A stretch of DNA of 64,000 nucleotides from an uncultured delta proteobacterium (GTDB lineage: Bacteria > Myxococcota > Myxococcia > Myxococcales > Myxococcaceae), in the NCBI GenBank assembly GCA_963796055.1, contig CAWCKH010000002.1, positions 32,001 to 96,000 of the forward strand. The letters run 5' to 3'. Positions 61,466 through 64,000 of the stretch are shown here, one piece after another. The position numbers were made by a program, and so were the translations under genes. The notes beneath the pieces are model-generated. The model had not been told where the DNA came from. It saw only the letters and a program-made list of their open reading frames with translations, and did not search any database. The number at the start of each line of letters is the position of its first letter. Position 1 is the first letter of the stretch.

Positions 61466-62550
61466 CCTCGCTCGATCCGACCCGGCCCGTCCGCCCCGGC
61501 GAGGAGCTGGACTCCGATGCGCTCCGCCAGCTGTTCGACCGATACGCTCCCGAGATCACCGGCCCGGTGGTGGTCGAGCAGTTCCCGAAGGGGCACTCCA
61601 ACCTCACCTACCTCCTCAAGGTTGGCGGCACCGAGCTCGTCCTCCGCCGTCCACCGAAGGGCGCCAAGCAGATCAAGGCCGGCCATGACATGCGCCGCGA
61701 GTACACGGTGCTGACCCGCCTCCGGACCGTCTGGCCCAAGGTGCCGCGCACCCTGTTCTACGTCCCCGAGGAGGAATCGCCCTTCGGCGCCCAGCTGTAC
61801 GTGATGGAGCGAGTCCAGGGGCTCATCCTCCGCGGGACCAGGCTTCCACCGGACGTTCTGCTCGATGCCGCCGGGATGCGCGCCGTCTCCGAGACGCTGG
61901 TGGACACGCTGGTCGAGCTCCACGCGGTGGACCCGGCTGCCGCTGGCCTCGCCGACTTCGGGAAGCCGCAGGGCTACGTGGAGCGCCAGGTCACCGGCTG
62001 GACCGAGCGCTACGCCCGGGCCCGGACCGACGACGTTCCGGACATGGAGCGGCTCGCAGGCTGGCTGGCCTCGCACCTCCCGCCGGACCGACCGGGGGCG
62101 ATCATCCACAACGACTTCAAGTACGACAACGTGGTGCTCGACCCGGCGGCCACGACCAAGGTCCGGGCGGTGCTCGACTGGGAGATGGCCACGCTCGGCG
62201 ACCCGATCTCCGACCTGGGCATGACGCTCGCCTACTGGTTCGAGCCGGGCGAGGCGGAGATGGTGGGCCCGGCCGCGTTCGGGCCGACGGCGCTCCCTGG
62301 CAACCTGACCCGGGAGGAGATCGTCCAGCGCTATGCCACCCGGAGCGGCCGTGCGGTGGACGACGTCGTCTTCGAGTACGTGCTCGGCCTGTTCAAGGTC
62401 GCGGTCATCGCCCAGCAGATCTACTTCCGGTACCGGCAGGGGCTCACCCAGGACGAGCGGTTCGCCGGGCTCGGCTTCGCGGTGGCGCTGCTCGCCCAGG
62501 TGGCGGCGCGGGCGGTGGACAAGAACCGGATCAGCAAGCTGCTCGACTGA
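61462..62550 (+). CDS. APH-family phosphotransferase (ACAD10/11 kinase, LvaA-like)
   Basis: GHSNLTY, HDMRRE, HNDFKYDN, LDWEM; GTGA coupling. Confidence 0.9.
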   Translation: MTSLDPTRPVRPGEELDSDALRQLFDRYAPEITGPVVVEQFPKGHSNLTYLLKVGGTELVLRRPPKGAKQIKAGHDMRREYTVLTRLRTVWPKVPRTLFYVPEEESPFGAQLYVMERVQGLILRGTRLPPDVLLDAAGMRAVSETLVDTLVELHAVDPAAAGLADFGKPQGYVERQVTGWTERYARARTDDVPDMERLAGWLASHLPPDRPGAIIHNDFKYDNVVLDPAATTKVRAVLDWEMATLGDPISDLGMTLAYWFEPGEAEMVGPAAFGPTALPGNLTREEIVQRYATRSGRAVDDVVFEYVLGLFKVAVIAQQIYFRYRQGLTQDERFAGLGFAVALLAQVAARAVDKNRISKLLD

Positions 62551-62562
62551 GCGGACCCGCGT

Positions 62563-63945
62563 TCAGGCCGAGTCGCTCTCGCGGAGCTGGACGCCACAGC
62601 CGATCTGCAGCTCGAATCGCCCCCGCCTCACGGGGCGGATCTGCACCTCGGGGCACTTCTCCTCCAGTCGCTTTCGCAACAGGATCAGCCGCGACTCGAG
62701 GTTGTCCCGCAGCTCGGGAAGCCCCAGTGAGTCATCGAGCCGCAGCTCGCGGTTGCTGAACTCGGTCCGGCCGTTCGCCGCGTGGCACCGCAGCAGCTTC
62801 CAGAGAATCTTCGCCGGGATGTTCCGGATGAGGTACTCGCCGTCGACGAAGATGCAGTCGTCGTTCCGGAACAGCTGGAACACCCGGGTGCGCGCCGCGG
62901 ACGGGCCGCTCCCGCCCCGCTGCCCCGGGCCCGGCGCCGGCTCCCCCTCCTCCTCCGCGCTGCTGGCCCGATCGATGCCCAGGGCGATCTGGTTGGCCAG
63001 GATGTTGAGGAAGGTCTCGGTCCAGGCGTCGAACGCCATCGCCTCGCGGCTCTCGAGGGCCAGCACCCCCACCAGCCGGTCCCCCACCAGCAGCGGCAGC
63101 GCCAGCTGGGCCTGCGCGTCGGGCAATCCGGGGAGAGGGATCTCCGGAGCAGCCGGCGCCTTCCCGGCGTGCTGCAGCTCGGCGCGGATGGTCCGCCAGT
63201 ACCGGAGCTCGGCGCCTACCCCCGCGACCCGCATCGGACGCCGGCGCGCCGCCACTGTGCCGATCAGCCCCTCGTCCAGCGGGACCTCCGCCCCCACCCC
63301 GCCCGACCCGTAGCCGTGGCTGGCGGTGGTGACCAGATGCCCGCGCTCGTCGGGGAGGAGCACCATCGAGTGACGAAACCCCAGCTCCTCGTCCAGGGCC
63401 TGCAGCCCGTTCTCCAGCAGCACCTCGAGGCAGCTGGCCCGGTTCACCCGATCGGAGATGGCCCGGAGGCTCCGGAGCTCCCGGGCCATCGCGTCCAGCA
63501 CCCCGGTGGTCGGCTGCGGTGGGTCGAGGCGCGGGTCCGCCGGGAGGAAGTAGTGGGTGAGCTGCTCGACCGAGAGCACCTCATACACGTCCGCGGATCG
63601 GAGCTTGAAGATGCCCAGCATCCCGGTGTGCGAGGCGATGACTTGAAGTCGAGCCGACATTTCCTCGAACAGCGGCCCCTCGCTCTCGCAGTGGTCGAAC
63701 CGCAGCTGCAGCCGGTACAGGTGGTACGTCACCGGAGCGAAGACCAGGATCGTCGCGTGGGGGTTCTCGCGGACGTTGCGCTGGGTCTTGTTGAAGAACT
63801 GGTGCGAGAGCGCCACGTGCTTCTCGTCCACCAGGTGCACCTGGCTGATCTCGGTGACGTTCGGCTCACCCTCCAGGGAACAGGTGGCCATCATCGCCGG
63901 GATGACGCCCTCGAAGCAGGGGGCGATGTCGCGCAGCGGAATCAT
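62563..63945 (-). CDS. PNPOx-like FMN-binding + GAF + C-terminal putative winged-helix protein
   Basis: ATCS..GEPN, QFFNKT..N (split barrel); GLIGTVA...LPL...GVL (GAF); ILWKLL...NLESRLILLRKRL tail. Confidence 0.8.
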   Translation of the reverse strand: MIPLRDIAPCFEGVIPAMMATCSLEGEPNVTEISQVHLVDEKHVALSHQFFNKTQRNVRENPHATILVFAPVTYHLYRLQLRFDHCESEGPLFEEMSARLQVIASHTGMLGIFKLRSADVYEVLSVEQLTHYFLPADPRLDPPQPTTGVLDAMARELRSLRAISDRVNRASCLEVLLENGLQALDEELGFRHSMVLLPDERGHLVTTASHGYGSGGVGAEVPLDEGLIGTVAARRRPMRVAGVGAELRYWRTIRAELQHAGKAPAAPEIPLPGLPDAQAQLALPLLVGDRLVGVLALESREAMAFDAWTETFLNILANQIALGIDRASSAEEEGEPAPGPGQRGGSGPSAARTRVFQLFRNDDCIFVDGEYLIRNIPAKILWKLLRCHAANGRTEFSNRELRLDDSLGLPELRDNLESRLILLRKRLEEKCPEVQIRPVRRGRFELQIGCGVQLRESDSA

Positions 63946-64000
63946 GCCTGCGGGCCCGGGCTGCGCAACGGACCCTGGAAGAGCTCGCCAGCGGCGGGAC

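Overview
High-GC bacterial chromosomal window. Gene content points to Myxococcota (PEGA/TPR proteins, FHA-Ser/Thr kinase, ATC-start infC, many sigma54 signals); this is an inference. The core is a translation cluster on the minus strand: tRNA-Val, thrS, infC-rpmI-rplT-pheS-pheT-ihfA, tRNA-Pro. An IS110/IS1111-type element interrupts it exactly between pheS and pheT, and its 3' non-coding end folds into two internal loops whose sequences match its own target and donor junctions (a readable bridge/seek RNA). Other loci: pfkA with two SPFH genes; an RND + PhnD-like + TatT-like trio resembling the BstABC sterol transporter; a micro-lipoprotein/ferritin-like pair; an Ior-type molybdoenzyme with a cytochrome c; two paralogous sigma54-driven small membrane-peptide genes flanking thrS; an unexplained 118-nt element closed by a perfect 23-bp inverted repeat; envelope lipoproteins; an M2 peptidase; a kinase/TPR-PEGA/Ig-repeat cluster; a kdp operon with split KdpD and an NtrC-type regulator; a divergent citrate synthase pair; an SDR/ACAD/APH operon; and a PNPOx-GAF-HTH protein. 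Product calls come from motif recognition by eye; no database searches were run. Many start codons were re-chosen by hand relative to the ORF track.
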